Under the pieces are notes generated by a model that ran no database searches, was not told the DNA's origin, and saw only the letters and a list, made by a program, of their open reading frames with translations. Position numbers and translations under genes: made by a program. A stretch of 50,981 bases of DNA, filler included, from Sphacelaria rigidula (taxonomy: Eukaryota): the NCBI GenBank assembly GCA_964200075.2. It is 3 parts of 3 records of this genome, joined end to end, with 100 filler letters (N's around TTAATTAATTAA, not from the genome) between each part and the next. Parts side by side here need not be neighbours in the genome. Positions count along the whole stretch, not along the records: positions 1 to 16,930 come from CAXNAA020001213.1; positions 17,031 to 33,957 come from CAXNAA020001214.1; 1 more part is not named here. One strand, given 5' to 3'. Within the stretch, counting starts at the first letter, position 1; each line of letters opens with the position of its first letter. Positions 12,221 to 23,330 of the stretch are shown in pieces.

Positions 12221-14048
12221 TCTATCAGATACCATCTTTCATGACAAGAAATCCCGATTTGTACAAATATGAGGATTTCAGTCCGTCTACAGGCGAGTTT
12301 CTCCCGTGGATTAATTGTTCGGACCCTAGTCCGTTGGGCAATGTTTTTCGGTTGGCTGTGATGGAACCCGATCAATTCTCCGATTCTCTGAACATGAAAT
12401 CGACGTGTAGCTGTAAGCACACACCAGTGATACAGGTAAAGAAAGGCACACACGGAATGAATCGACTGGCCAGTTAAAGCGAATGATGAAACCCACTCTC
12501 AACGTGCTCTCTACAATATTCTGTCTCACGAAAACATTGTTCCTAATATTGGAGTGTAATTATCGATTGGTGTTTCTTGGGGATACTTCACCGAGCCAGT
12601 CGAGGAGCGGCTCCAATGAAACCTCTCAGCTGTGATACGAAACCCTCATGTACATTTTTATCGCATTCCTTAATCTGCAGAAGTCTAGTGCTTCAGATTT
12701 ACAGAAACGGCCGACGAATGCCTGAAACAGTTTCACTGCCGGAATGCCCATCAAGGTCATCTGCGCCTTCTGTAGTACCTTGCCGCTGAAGCCTCTGATA
12801 TCCCTGAAAGGGATATCGGCGTGCAGCTGTAAGCACACGGCATTGCCTCGTGGTCAGAACTCACCGGGGGTCCGACGCAGCTGACCGCCCGATATCAGCC
12901 GATACGTCACACGTCACAATGCGATGTTCAAGGAGCATGGCACGAGTTTTTCTGAGCAATGAGTATGGGCACAAGCTATGGAACACAGGGTAACAAGTAG
13001 TAGCATCATGTGTGGTATTGTTGTAGCTCTCCTCTCTCTCTCCCCCTCTCTACTATATCTCTGTACACGGTACTCTTCGTCGCGCTTTTACTCGCGCATT
13101 GCCTCCTGTACGGGTACCGAACATACTCACCACGTATAACCAACCGTTGAATGCAACTAAAGTACAGCAACAAATCGCCCCCCATCGTCCGTCTCCATTC
13201 ATTCTGATGACAAAGGGAACCGCTGTCAGTACATTGACAGGTGACAATACACCGTGAATCAAAAGTATGCCTCTGCACTCGGACGCACACTCTCCATGCC
13301 AGCATACCATAAACAAAACTCTGAAATTCGATTGTCGAGCTTTCACGGCTTCTTGCAGAAGGACGATGGGAGTGCATCGCACACTTCGTTACACATGGGG
13401 CATCCATACAAGTATCCAACTCTGGACGGACCCAACAAAGGGGTCAAGCACTAAACCACACCCGAATTACGGAGATATTAGCTGAACATTCACCAGAACG
13501 GCGATCTTCTAACAAATCTTGAAAGCCTGCAGCGCGCGCTTTTTCGCTTGTACAGCACGGCAGCCCCTCGTTTATGGCTAGAAAAACAGGCACCCGACCG
13601 ACCCCATTCAATTCGGTGTATATAGGCCACGCGCCTGTCATTTTCCAAAATGCGCGTAGTTTTTCGTCAAAAATGCTTCCCAGCTATAAGGATACATAAA
13701 TGCGGGCTGATAAACACAGTCAGTCTTGACCACGGTACAACACAATTTGTTTTTACAAGGTCACTCTCTACTACCGCTTCACTGTCTCACCCCGATCCGG
13801 CTATTGCCGGGAAGGCAAACAAGAATAACGTGTGACCGTAACAGGACAAAATTTAAAACAAAGAAAAAATGGCAACGCCAACATGTCTCTCCTCATACCA
13901 AGGCTCGTCAACTGAATTATAAATAGCGCATACACGAAAGACAGAATAGTCACCATTCGAAATTAACACAATGCCAAAAATGGACCCCACCTAGTGCCAC
14001 ACATGCACAAAACAGCACCACCCACAAAACACAGGCCCCTCTAGCCCA

Positions 14049-14417
14049 TCACTCGTACACCGAAGCGCCTGCCTTATATTCACGAATATCGTCCAAGCTT
14101 GTGAGCACTATCGTACCCTCATCATCGTCTCGGGACACAATCCCACCATCCCTGCCACCTCCACTGCCTCCTGTCTCAACCTCTTCCGTCTTCCTATGCC
14201 TCCGGCTAGCAACCCTAAGGCTGAGCTTGCGACGTTCGGGGGCGCCGGGTGCCAGACAGGCATCGAATACTTCGAGTACCTTTTCCTTGGTGAGGCGGCG
14301 ATAGGCCTCAGCTTTCCGGTAGCGGCGGTAGAAGTCGTGCGTGCGGCTGGAGAGCGCGCCAAACAGAATCTGGGCTTCTTCGGCCATGCTCCTCTCCCGT
14401 CGCAAAACACTCGATAT
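14049..14417 (-). CDS. Insulysin/pitrilysin-family (peptidase M16A) metallopeptidase, last exon
   Basis: GTGCAG acceptor, in frame with the previous exon (TTVASM|ISSVLRRERSMAEEA). Encodes HDFYRR..LTKEKVLEVFDACL..RRKLSLRV..LDDIREYKAG..YE-stop, typical of insulysin C-termini. Confidence 0.88.
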   Translation of the reverse strand: MSSVLRRERSMAEEAQILFGALSSRTHDFYRRYRKAEAYRRLTKEKVLEVFDACLAPGAPERRKLSLRVASRRHRKTEEVETGGSGGGRDGGIVSRDDDEGTIVLTSLDDIREYKAGASVYE

Positions 14418-14460
14418 CTGCACGTTTTCACGTCGAATTGAGGGGCGCCAGTGGGAAAGA

Positions 14461-14536
14461 GGAGGGGGTGGGCGGGGGGGCGTACTCATTAGTTGCTTGC
14501 CTTTTGACCACGCATCCCTTTCTAGACGGAGTACCG
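14461..14536 (-). mobile_element. 5'-truncated LINE 3' end with C-tail, in the insulysin intron
   Basis: Reverse complement reads CCGTCTAGAAAGGGATGCGTGGTCAAAAGGCAAGCAACTAATGAGTAC plus a C-tract; flanked by a TSD-like G(T/C)GGGAA(A)GAGGA repeat. Confidence 0.7.
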
Positions 14537-15448
14537 CGGGAAGAGGACGGAGGGGGCGACTAAAAAATCCGAGGAGGGCAAGGGTGAATATCGCTTCTGG
14601 AATCTCATTTGGAATCTAGAATGAATAACTCGATTGGCATGAATATAACTGCTCTGAACATGGAAAAACTGTCCCACCATGCGACTTTACAGTGATTGTA
14701 GATCTCATAATAAGAGCTGTCAACCATGTTTATTCCACAAGAAAAAATATATGGATATAAATATTCAGTACGCGATGCTTTGACATTTTTGAATACGTTA
14801 CATAGTTTTGCACTAATACTACTGTGGCTTATTCACCAACTCCCCCCCTCACGAGACTGTGGTTTGAACCCTGCTTCGTTCCACTACCCGTGCACAACCC
14901 GTATCCTGCGCTTTGCGATGCTTACAAATACTTTTCCGAGGCGTTGATGTGCTCATGATCTTGCATGCCGTGGTCATAAGATCATTGACCTCGCATCCCT
15001 ATCAAGGTGGGACGGAGCACACCGGGCTTTCGCCGGACCAGGCTCGCAATCACCAAGTGCAAAGCGCCGTGATGTGTCCGGGTAGTCGCACGAGGGGTGA
15101 GCTGCATGCTGCCAAGATTTAGCGACTCAAAGGGTACTGATTATCTTGCACGTGGATGGTAGCCCCGAATAATTTGCTTCATTTTCTGGTATCACCACTT
15201 CCAGAGACAGCCATGGGTTACACACTGCGTCATGGGTGTCTCACCATGTGAACACTACATAGTACGATCATCCCCTTTGCGCGGAGTTGAGCTTCTCCCA
15301 CCCCGCACGACATGATCAAACTCGACCACCACCAGGCATGAAGGGGAGGGGAGGGCACTCACGCCCCCCCACCGACCCACCGGTTTCCAAAAAGGATGCT
15401 TCCCCACATCAACTCACGATCCAAATCAGGTTACCGATCACTTGGGCA

Positions 15449-15793
15449 ATAGTGTTCACCACTAGTTCGATTAGAACCTTCCCGGAATTCCATTACTTGT
15501 TTGGAGTGTCGACACCGATATTCGGATCTTTAGCGGGGCTGACAGCCCCCAACTGCCCCTCGCGTGCGCAGAACGCGTTTTCGTCGACATCGGCGCCTAC
15601 GGCGCCGTTTGGAGGTCTGTCAACGCCACATTATGCCTAGGGAACGCTTCAACCCCCCTCGCCCGAGGGTTCTCGGTATGCCTTGGGTTGTGGTTGTGGT
15701 TGTGGTTAGGGTTAGGGTTAGGGTTAGGGTTAGCGTTATTTAAAAAAATATGTTCCCGAGAAATTTCGTCATCGACCAAGTGGTGAACATATC
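15449..15793. mobile_element. Interspersed element carrying (TTAGGG)n, with imperfect terminal inverted repeats
   Basis: 15495-15740 aligns with 22196-22412; ends ATAGTGTTCACCACT.GTTCG / CGACCAAGTGGTGAACATAT; telomere-type hexamers at 15684-15733. Confidence 0.65.
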
Positions 15794-15812
15794 TCCACTT
15801 GGGACCACTCAC

Positions 15813-16172
15813 CATGGAAGCTACCGTTGTCTCGAAAGCCTCGTCCGTCATAGCCGCCAGCTCCGCCCTGAAACCTCCAATCCACGACTCTATCCTCTCC
15901 TCGAGCTCCGCCGGCGATTTATCTGGACTCTGCACCACAACTGACCACGCAAGCGGGCCCCCGGGATGCGGCAGCTCATCGTCATCGTTGCTCTCCGTCG
16001 CGGGTGTAACTTTCCCCGGGGGTCCTCGCTCCAGAAGCGTATATACAGTGTAGCCAAGTTGCTCTTTGGTGCGGAGTTGCTGGAAGGCCGAGGTGTAGCC
16101 GACGACGTTGATAAGCTCGAGCGCCGAGGGCAAGTCCAGGTCCGGTTTACCCCGTCCCACCTGGAGGTACAC
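15813..16172 (-). CDS. Insulysin/pitrilysin-family (peptidase M16A) metallopeptidase, penultimate exon
   Basis: CAG acceptor and GTGAGT donor; 360 nt, phase 0. Encodes AFQQLRTKEQLGYTV and VVVQSPDKSPAELEERIESWI, matching the insulysin C-terminal FxxLRTKEQLGY motif. Upstream exons are absent (contig ends at 16930). Confidence 0.9.
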
Positions 16173-16779
16173 CTGCTTCGGTTTGATTTTTTTTTTTTTC
16201 CAAGGAAGAAGTAGTCAGTACCCCTCCTTTCAGTTTCGGCCAAACCCTCCTAGATAGTCACGTGAGGATGATCCCAACCATTTGGACGTGATATAAAACA
16301 GGTGACCGATGACCGCTATAGACCGACCTATCTACACAATGCCTCGGAGCAACCTTTGCCACAAAGCCGGCGACGAAGTGTCGCGGGATAAACGTAGGTA
16401 TGTGCATACGAGTAGATCGATGACGGATTGATTATTGCACACCAACTGACCCCCGAGGAAGATTGATTACGGATTGACTGTCGCACACGAACTGATGTCC
16501 GACGCATCCAGTCATTATTATCCACAAGGCAGAAGTACCCACGGCAAAAAAACGGGAATCCTCGCTGAAGGAAACTACAGGAAGGGAAAAAACGAAGAGA
16601 AATATAACAAACGAAGTTAACTCAACAGAAAACTTTAAGGGGACGTGAAACCCCCAGAGTATTTCATCCCATGCATGTTCTAACGCCCTGCGCTTGTCAT
16701 ATACCATGACTACTGTCGTGCTGAGTGGCACGCGTCGAGTACATGTGCCACTGAGCACCGGTAAGACGCACTTTTATGG

Positions 16780-16930
16780 CAAACGAATCCCGATTTTTTT
16801 GGATCGGGGGGACTCAAATTCGTGTACTCAAAATCGGGGTGACCATTTCATGGCACAGATGGCACAGTATCACAGATTTGTGAAACGGTTCTGTACACAG
16901 ACGGACATTTTTTGCATGAGTGTGGTACTG
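16780..16930 (+). repeat. Dispersed repeat at the contig end
   Basis: Reverse complement of ~26128-26275 (ACAGATTTGTGAAAC.GTTCTGTACACAGACGG..TTGCATGAGTGTGGTACTG). Confidence 0.8.
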
Positions 16931-17030
16931 NNNNNNNNNNNNNNNNNNNNNNNNNNNNNNNNNNNNNNNNNNNNTTAATTAATTAANNNNNNNNNNNNNN
17001 NNNNNNNNNNNNNNNNNNNNNNNNNNNNNN
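16931..17030. other. Assembly linker N44-TTAATTAATTAA-N44 (artificial contig join)
   Basis: Exactly 100 nt, with a palindromic 12-mer giving stops in all six frames; identical to the linker at 33958-34057. Confidence 0.97.
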
Positions 17031-17300
17031 AACGCATCCCTTTCGAGACAGAGCACCGTTCCTACTCCAAATAGAGACACCTCCATCATTCTGGCGCTCA
17101 TTACTTTTCTTCCGCAGCTCATCACCTTTCTTCCATACATTACACAAAGACCGTTTACATATCTTATCCCCGTCCTGTTTTGCCGTCTCTGGCCACCATC
17201 TATCTCCTAGTAATGCATCAAACGATTTCATGCCACCTTTGTTCACGTCCCGCATTCCCCCCTCTAGCACGTCCCGTTCCTCCTTTGGGTGGACCTGCTG
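17031..17300 (-). mobile_element. LINE ORF2 C-terminal fragment (same family as the C-tailed ends)
   Basis: EERDVLE..LLGDRWWP...VWKK..NER..GGVSIWSRNGALSRKGCV runs directly into the conserved TCTCGAAAGGGATGCG terminus. Confidence 0.7.
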
Positions 17301-18849
17301 CTGTAACGGCTTCGTGCTCGGTATACACGTGATACAAGTCAATCGATCATGTGACCATGACTGGATCCCTAGGGGGTCAGTTCAAGTGCCAAACAAAAAT
17401 GAAATCAAAGTCACAAGTAGATCACTCGATCACTCCACACATACACTCGTGTGAGCTCCGACGCCACCCATTCCTTATTTACACGAAAGCAGGAGATACC
17501 TCAGTGGTCGGCAAGTCGTGAACGTGGTGAGACCAAGGATGGGGAACCCCAAGAACCCCACGAACGGTACTCTCTCCGTAACAAAACGAAGTAAAAACAA
17601 TGAGAAGATGAAAAAAAGAATAAAGTGGAATATTGACGTACAGTGGGGGGGGGGGGGGGTAATACGAAAATGGATATCCCTGCTCTGTCCAACCAGTTGG
17701 GGACTTACTCGCTTGGCTGGCAACTTCAGCGATATTTTCGATCTTTGTGCCCAATCATGCAATTTCCGCCTAACGTTTTTGATAACCTACAGCACAACTT
17801 TCTGGGGTTAGTCTGGGGAAAGAAACCAATCGGTAGTAAAGAGTTTCGGGGGGGAAAACAAAACTCACTTCAGAACCAGACTGGAAAAACTTCAGAGTGG
17901 AAGGGCATGAAACTTCAGTCTAGACGCTAAAAAGATTAGAACAGAAGCTGATGTGACGTGGCTTGACGTGAAGTGCTTTTGCCAAAGTGATTGGCCGCAG
18001 GTTACCTCGCCAAATATGTGATCGACCAGCGTCCGGTTCGAAAACGCGTAGGTCAGCACAGCTCTAAACAGCAATAGCGAGCCTGTATTGTGAGGTAACC
18101 TGCGGCGTCGTACCGTACCGTACCATAAGCTTCACCACACTTGCCCCACTTCACTGCACTGCAGGGGCACTGTAGTGCTGTGCAGTATACAGCACAGACT
18201 GTGCACTACAGTGCAATGCAGAACTCTTCAGTACATTGCGGTACGATGAAGAACAGCGATGCCGTACGGACAGCGCGGCAGCACTCACAAAGAACAGACA
18301 AAGCCGCTTTGTAACGATATTGCAAAATCCCACCCATAACGGTGGTGCAAGACGTCATGACCTCTGACGGAATGGCAGTGCAGCCAGGTGCAGCACTGCT
18401 TGCGTGCTGTATCCCACGAATCATTCACACTGTCTTCTTCCAGCTGAGGCTGGCAAGAGTGAGGACCTGCACCCACGGCAAGGTCTTGTACGCGCCGAGC
18501 ATTTGAATTTCACGCGACACAACCAAGCGAATGGCGATACCATGGTAGCGGCAGGGAGGCCCTCTGTTTGCGATGCCAAGCGTTGCTACTTCGAGACTGA
18601 TCCATTGTGATAAGCATGACAGTTGTGATGGACGTCTCACTTTGCTTGTCAGCGTATAGTGATTGTGAACTGGCTGTGAAAGTGGTTGGGGGGGGGAGGG
18701 GGGGGGGGGTGGCGGTGGTTCCTCTTCCTTCCGTACTGGAGGCTGAAGAAGCACATCGGATTTCAGTGTGGAGTGCTTCCAACAGGGCTCGGACGCTGAA
18801 ATGTTGATGCCGAAGTTTTTTCCAGTGTGGAATTTATACCGTTACCGGT

Positions 18850-20800
18850 TTTTTCCCCCGCCATTCTGATCCTGAAATGCGAAAAAACATTTTCCACAAC
18901 TCTTTACAGGCTAGTTCACGCTCATGACTCAAAATTGTGTCATCAGCAAATGCCTTCCGCACTAGCAACCCAATTGTCGCATACATGATATCATACTGAC
19001 CGCCATGGACAGCTGAAGAATGACATAGCCGGCTTTGTGTGTAAGGCCATAGTGGTAGGGCTGAGGGCGGAACGGTATATTGACCAATCAGCGCCGTGCT
19101 ATGGGCCATCACGCAACTTTGGATGAACGAGTTTTTATTAACCGTTTCAAGGGGGTCCGATTGGATCATTGTTTCCCCAAAACATTTGGAACCCGCGAGA
19201 GAAGGTGAAAAAAGTCGAGAAGTGAAGAAAAAAACGCAACCTTCAAAATACGCGTAATGACCCATAGAACATATGTGCAAAATTTCAGAGTCTAACTCAT
19301 GGAAACGGCGTGCGGTTTTGCCGATGAGTGTTTCCCGGGTGATAAGCGTGGACCAGCTCATAATGGTATCTTCACCGGAAAGGTACATTTCTTGTGAGTG
19401 CATCCACCGAGGTCACGGCTTTGCTCAGCGACGGGAATAAGCTCATCGGCTTGCATCTGGCTTCTTGTCGATAAGAGCTTTGTGTGTCAAGACCCAATCT
19501 GCAAGAATTGTGGCACGGCATTTTTTGTGAAAGGTCCACACTGCAGACAACTGAACTAATTTAGTAACAACTTCCAACAACACAAAGTAACGACTCCCTG
19601 GGCACCGTTGGATAAGAAAAAATGGAAAGTTTCCTCAAGGTACAAGGGAGCCATGCTATGCCAGGTGTTACACAGATGGACCCAGCTTTTTCTTTTTGAG
19701 GTGCTCCCAAAGTCAGGAGCTATACAAGAATATGGGTCAGGACATTCTCAATCCTTGTCCACTCGAGTTATTCCTTCCCCCTTGGAATGCTCATCGGGGC
19801 GTGTTCTCACACGTTTGCAAGCTGTTTTTTGGATGAGATGATAAAAGGGACCGAGTAATTCAAACCTGACGAATATTTTTTGCACCCATAACGTGGCAGC
19901 ATTCGAGAAGTCATGGAGGACACTTTGAGCTATCGCATTCTCACACTGCGTAGCGTAGCGAGGCTAAGGTCATTCGGGATGCGGTAACATGTTGTCTATG
20001 GCGATTTGCAAATACTTCGGTGGGTTGCAGAGACGTGACAGGGGCGGTCGTTACCATTTGCGATGGCACTAGTGTCAGTACGAAACCCTCGAGAGTAGGG
20101 TGAGCAACATTCCCGACAATACTTCGAGAGAACGGAAAACGAAAAGTGAAGACGCACGTTGGTTGGTACGGCGATTGTATCATGATACAAAACATGAAGG
20201 TCACTTCTCGTTTTGCTCAAAATAGGACCCCGGAAAGTGGTGCTGGAACGTAGCTCTGAGGAGGCGATCGAAAATCTGCAGGGGACATTGCGATTAATGT
20301 CCGCCAACCGTGTGCTACGTACTACACATGCTGATGAGCTTGCTACTGTCGAAAGCCGCGACGACTCCCGCACCGAACGCTTGTTTACCGTCTCAACAAC
20401 CAAACGCATAATCCCGTCCTTGTTCGTCGAAATTGATTTGTTCCACACTAGCAGATTCCTTGCTTTTACTGTTGAAATATAAGTTTGAATCAATGGCACG
20501 CGGGAGATTGTGGTGATGAGCCAATCTTCAGGTGTTTCCTGGCTGTGTTGCAGGTTGTCATGTGTCAGTGTTATGAATTTTATATCATAATGCATGTTGG
20601 ACACAAATGTCTCCATCAGTTCGTCAACACCAAGGACACATTCGCAAGTTAAACCACAATTCCGACGTTACAACCTAGTTCAGGAGTCAGGGGACACAGC
20701 GCAGCAAACCACGCAGGATTCATCGTTGATCCCGAGCTGTTGTTTGTGAAACGTCGGGTGTTCAGCCTTGAGGGTCATGCGGCTCCACTAATTGCAAGTC
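18850..20800 (-). pseudogene. Heavily decayed DDE-transposase-like region (P-element/THAP9-like motif order) with an upstream Cys-rich segment
   Basis: Across frameshifts and in order: CVVC..RNCGLTCEC, FMFCIMIQ beta-strand, GFRT..AIANG (xsDG-like), PDF/EHLKK (DxxH-like), LITRETLIG, QSDPLE..NSF. Motif recognition by eye only. Confidence 0.35.
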
Positions 20801-21039
20801 AACATACAGCATTCAAACACGCAAAACATTCCCGAAACAAGCGCATCTGCCAAGCTTACCGGTGTCGTTACTTTTCCATAATATGGAGGCGTTTTTTTCA
20901 AGTTTTGGCGTGAAGACAATGCGCACCTCGCTGATGATGACACGGGAGCTTGGAGGTATATGGATATGTTGATAGGTGCAACAGCAATGTCTCACAGTTA
21001 GGGGCGCGCCTGACCCCCCAAAATGGGCAAAAAATGTGT

Positions 21040-21300
21040 CACCACCCAAATTCCCGAACAGACACGAACAGACCAATGTTTAGGGCTTCTCCGGGCTCTT
21101 GAGGTAAAATATACCCTACGTCATCGGAAGAGAACGACATGAATCCAAGATGCATATCGAGAAAAAGTGGATTGCATTCTAAAACCAAAACCCTGCCGTG
21201 ATTTCCGTTGTTGTTCCTCATATATTGCATGCCACTGCGTCGCTTTTCGTCCGCACTTGCGATACGCTGACATGCAAGGAGGCTAGTTTGGTTGACCCGA
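21040..21300 (-). pseudogene. Ulp1/C48 cysteine-protease-like remnant 1
   Basis: NNGNHGRVLVL (HW-like), ILDS in the adjacent frame, LPQ...NIGLFV (Q..CGxFV-like). Confidence 0.4.
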
Positions 21301-21884
21301 CCCAACGCACACGGAGAACCCTCGGGAAAAGGCGGTACATACATTCCTTGAACAAAGTGAGGCATTGGTAGACCCCAAATCGGCGCCTGTGGTGCCGATT
21401 TCAACGAAAACACGTTCTGCGCACGCGAGGAGCTCACGGGACTGTCAGCCCTACTAAAATTCCGATTCTGTTTGTACACACTCAAATCAAGTAATATCAA
21501 ACCATGAACATTTGTAGCTCAAAGACGGTAACTCTAGTAATAGAACCAGGATGCTTAGTGATTCACACGCTAAACAATTTGGGGGGGGGATGCGGGGCGA
21601 AATTGGGTTAACATCACGTGTTCAACATGCGACAGAGCCATATACACCGATGAACTTTAAGGAGGTCGTCCCTTGCACATACGAGTGTAGTACAAACAGT
21701 CGCCGGGTGTGCGATGTGGGCTGGGCGGATGTTGGTCGACCACCTCGTCATGTTTTGAGGAGCTTGATTCACCGGATGTCATCATTTCACAATTTCTGGC
21801 GGATGAATGATTCGCCTTGTGCAAGTGTAATTTTTATTCCGCGGACATGGCTTTTCACATGGTTTCACATGGTTGTGATATTGA

Positions 21885-21983
21885 CCCTTTGACCGCGAGA
21901 GTTGGCCACCTGCTGAACCGGCATCAATTTTCACTTGAAAAAAGTATGCATAGTCCAGCGGGACTGCCGTCGCGGTCTAGGGG
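21885..21983. mobile_element. piggyBac-like MITE (99 bp)
   Basis: TTGA|CCCTTTGACCGCGA...TCGCGGTCTAGGGG|TTAG; same family as 11563-12220. Confidence 0.7.
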
Positions 21984-22195
21984 TTAGGGTTAGAGAATGT
22001 AGACGAACCGTCGTCCGTCACCCCACCAGTGTCGATACAACAGACGCGTGTTTCATGACGGGTGGGTCCACTGAAAGACATGAATGGGGCTTCGGTGCCT
22101 CGTGGCTTCAGCAAAAATGGGCCGACAACTTTATGCTGTCTTTTGTGCCGTCTTGAAGCAGTATACTTCATCATTCGGGAGGGTGAGTTGGTCCA

Positions 22196-22412
22196 TCTTG
22201 ATTTTAGTGTGGACACCGAAATCCGGATCTTTCATGGGGGCTGTACTCTCAGCATGTTCCTCGCGTACCCAGAACGCGTATTTGTTTTGGGGGCGCCCGC
22301 TTGAGGTGTGGCAACGCATATTTCGCCTAAAGAACACGTCGCACCCCCCTTGCGCGAGGGGTCTTGGTATGCCTTCCTTGTGGTTAGGGTTAGGGTTGGT
22401 GTTAGTGTTATA
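22196..22412 (+). mobile_element. Second copy of the TTAGGG-bearing element
   Basis: AGTGT.GACACCGA.AT.CGGATCTTT, CCTCGCGT..CAGAACGCGT, hairpin CCCCTTGCGCGAGGGG, GGTATGCCTT, GGTTAGGGTTAGGGTT. Confidence 0.7.
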
Positions 22413-22899
22413 ATTTGCTCGCTTCGCTGCTGCACGGTCGCGAAGATGAATCTTGCTTTCGTTCGTGCAACTCATCATCATGTTATTGACTGCTGTTGGA
22501 GTGTGTTGCCATTGCGTTCAAGATACTGCTCTTCTCTTCTCCTTCAGTTTGTCCATGCTTGCCGCCAGGTTAGATTAGATACTAAGCTATGCTATCGATG
22601 GTGGCGTGGTGATGGCACTGGGTGCAGGAGAACGAGCGCTACTCTTGCCACCGACACGAGCGATGCATAGACGGGGTGAAAGTCTCGCAGACACAGCTTG
22701 TGGGGGTTCGGTCGAAGGTTCAAATTCTGCACCTATCGAACATTCCATACATCCGATGTATCAACCATCTGCACTATCAAGAGTCACTCATGGGTGTTCT
22801 CTATTCTGAGGCCGTTGGATAGGGGTAAGGTTTTCGCGTATTGTTGAAACCAGCGAGGGTTGGAGGCGCTTGTTTGCGCCCACAGCTCAAACTGTTGCC

Positions 22900-23330
22900 C
22901 CGATTACCCATCGCCAAGGCCATCGATTGGGATGAGATTATTTTCATCATCTGCGCCAAGACGACAGCTACAACTCAACCCGATATTTTTTGTTATCTCA
23001 TCAGGATCCGAGTTTTTTACGAATCAAGTGGGGGAAATATGTTTTTTTTGCGATTTCCTCGATCACCGTAACTTATTTGGTGACACCATTCCGTCAGATT
23101 GTAGCTTGAACACACACGCCGGTGAGTGGCCGAGGCACGCCGTGGTTCATAGTCCGGGACGACGATCATGGGAGATCGTCAAGTGGAAACCCCACTCAAA
23201 TCACAAGTACATCGGGTGATTTCACGGCGTGCATCATCAGGGGATGAACGGGATCTCCGGTTTGTTCGTGCTTGTGGTCAGTGACACTTTTTTGCCCATT
23301 TTGGGGCGTCAGGCTCACCCACAACAGTCG
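22900..23330 (+). pseudogene. Ulp1/C48-like remnant 2
   Basis: IIFII..., ICFFCDFL, HQGMNGISGLFVLVVSD; 23260-23320 is the reverse complement homologue of 21005-21075. Confidence 0.35.

Noticed and set aside
14418..14489. N-terminal MSTPPRPPPP part of ORF 14049..14489
   Set aside because: Intronic; derives from the C-tail of a LINE fragment upstream of the splice acceptor.
15684..15733. (TTAGGG)n as a true chromosome end
   Set aside because: Short, intronic, and part of a dispersed element with a second copy at ~22.4 kb.
15597..15812. NPNPNHNH extension of ORF 15597..16172
   Set aside because: Read-through past the GTGAGT donor into intronic telomere-like repeats.
16975..16986. TTAATTAATTAA palindrome as a biological site
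   Set aside because: Sits exactly mid-gap in both linkers; a synthetic six-frame stop spacer.
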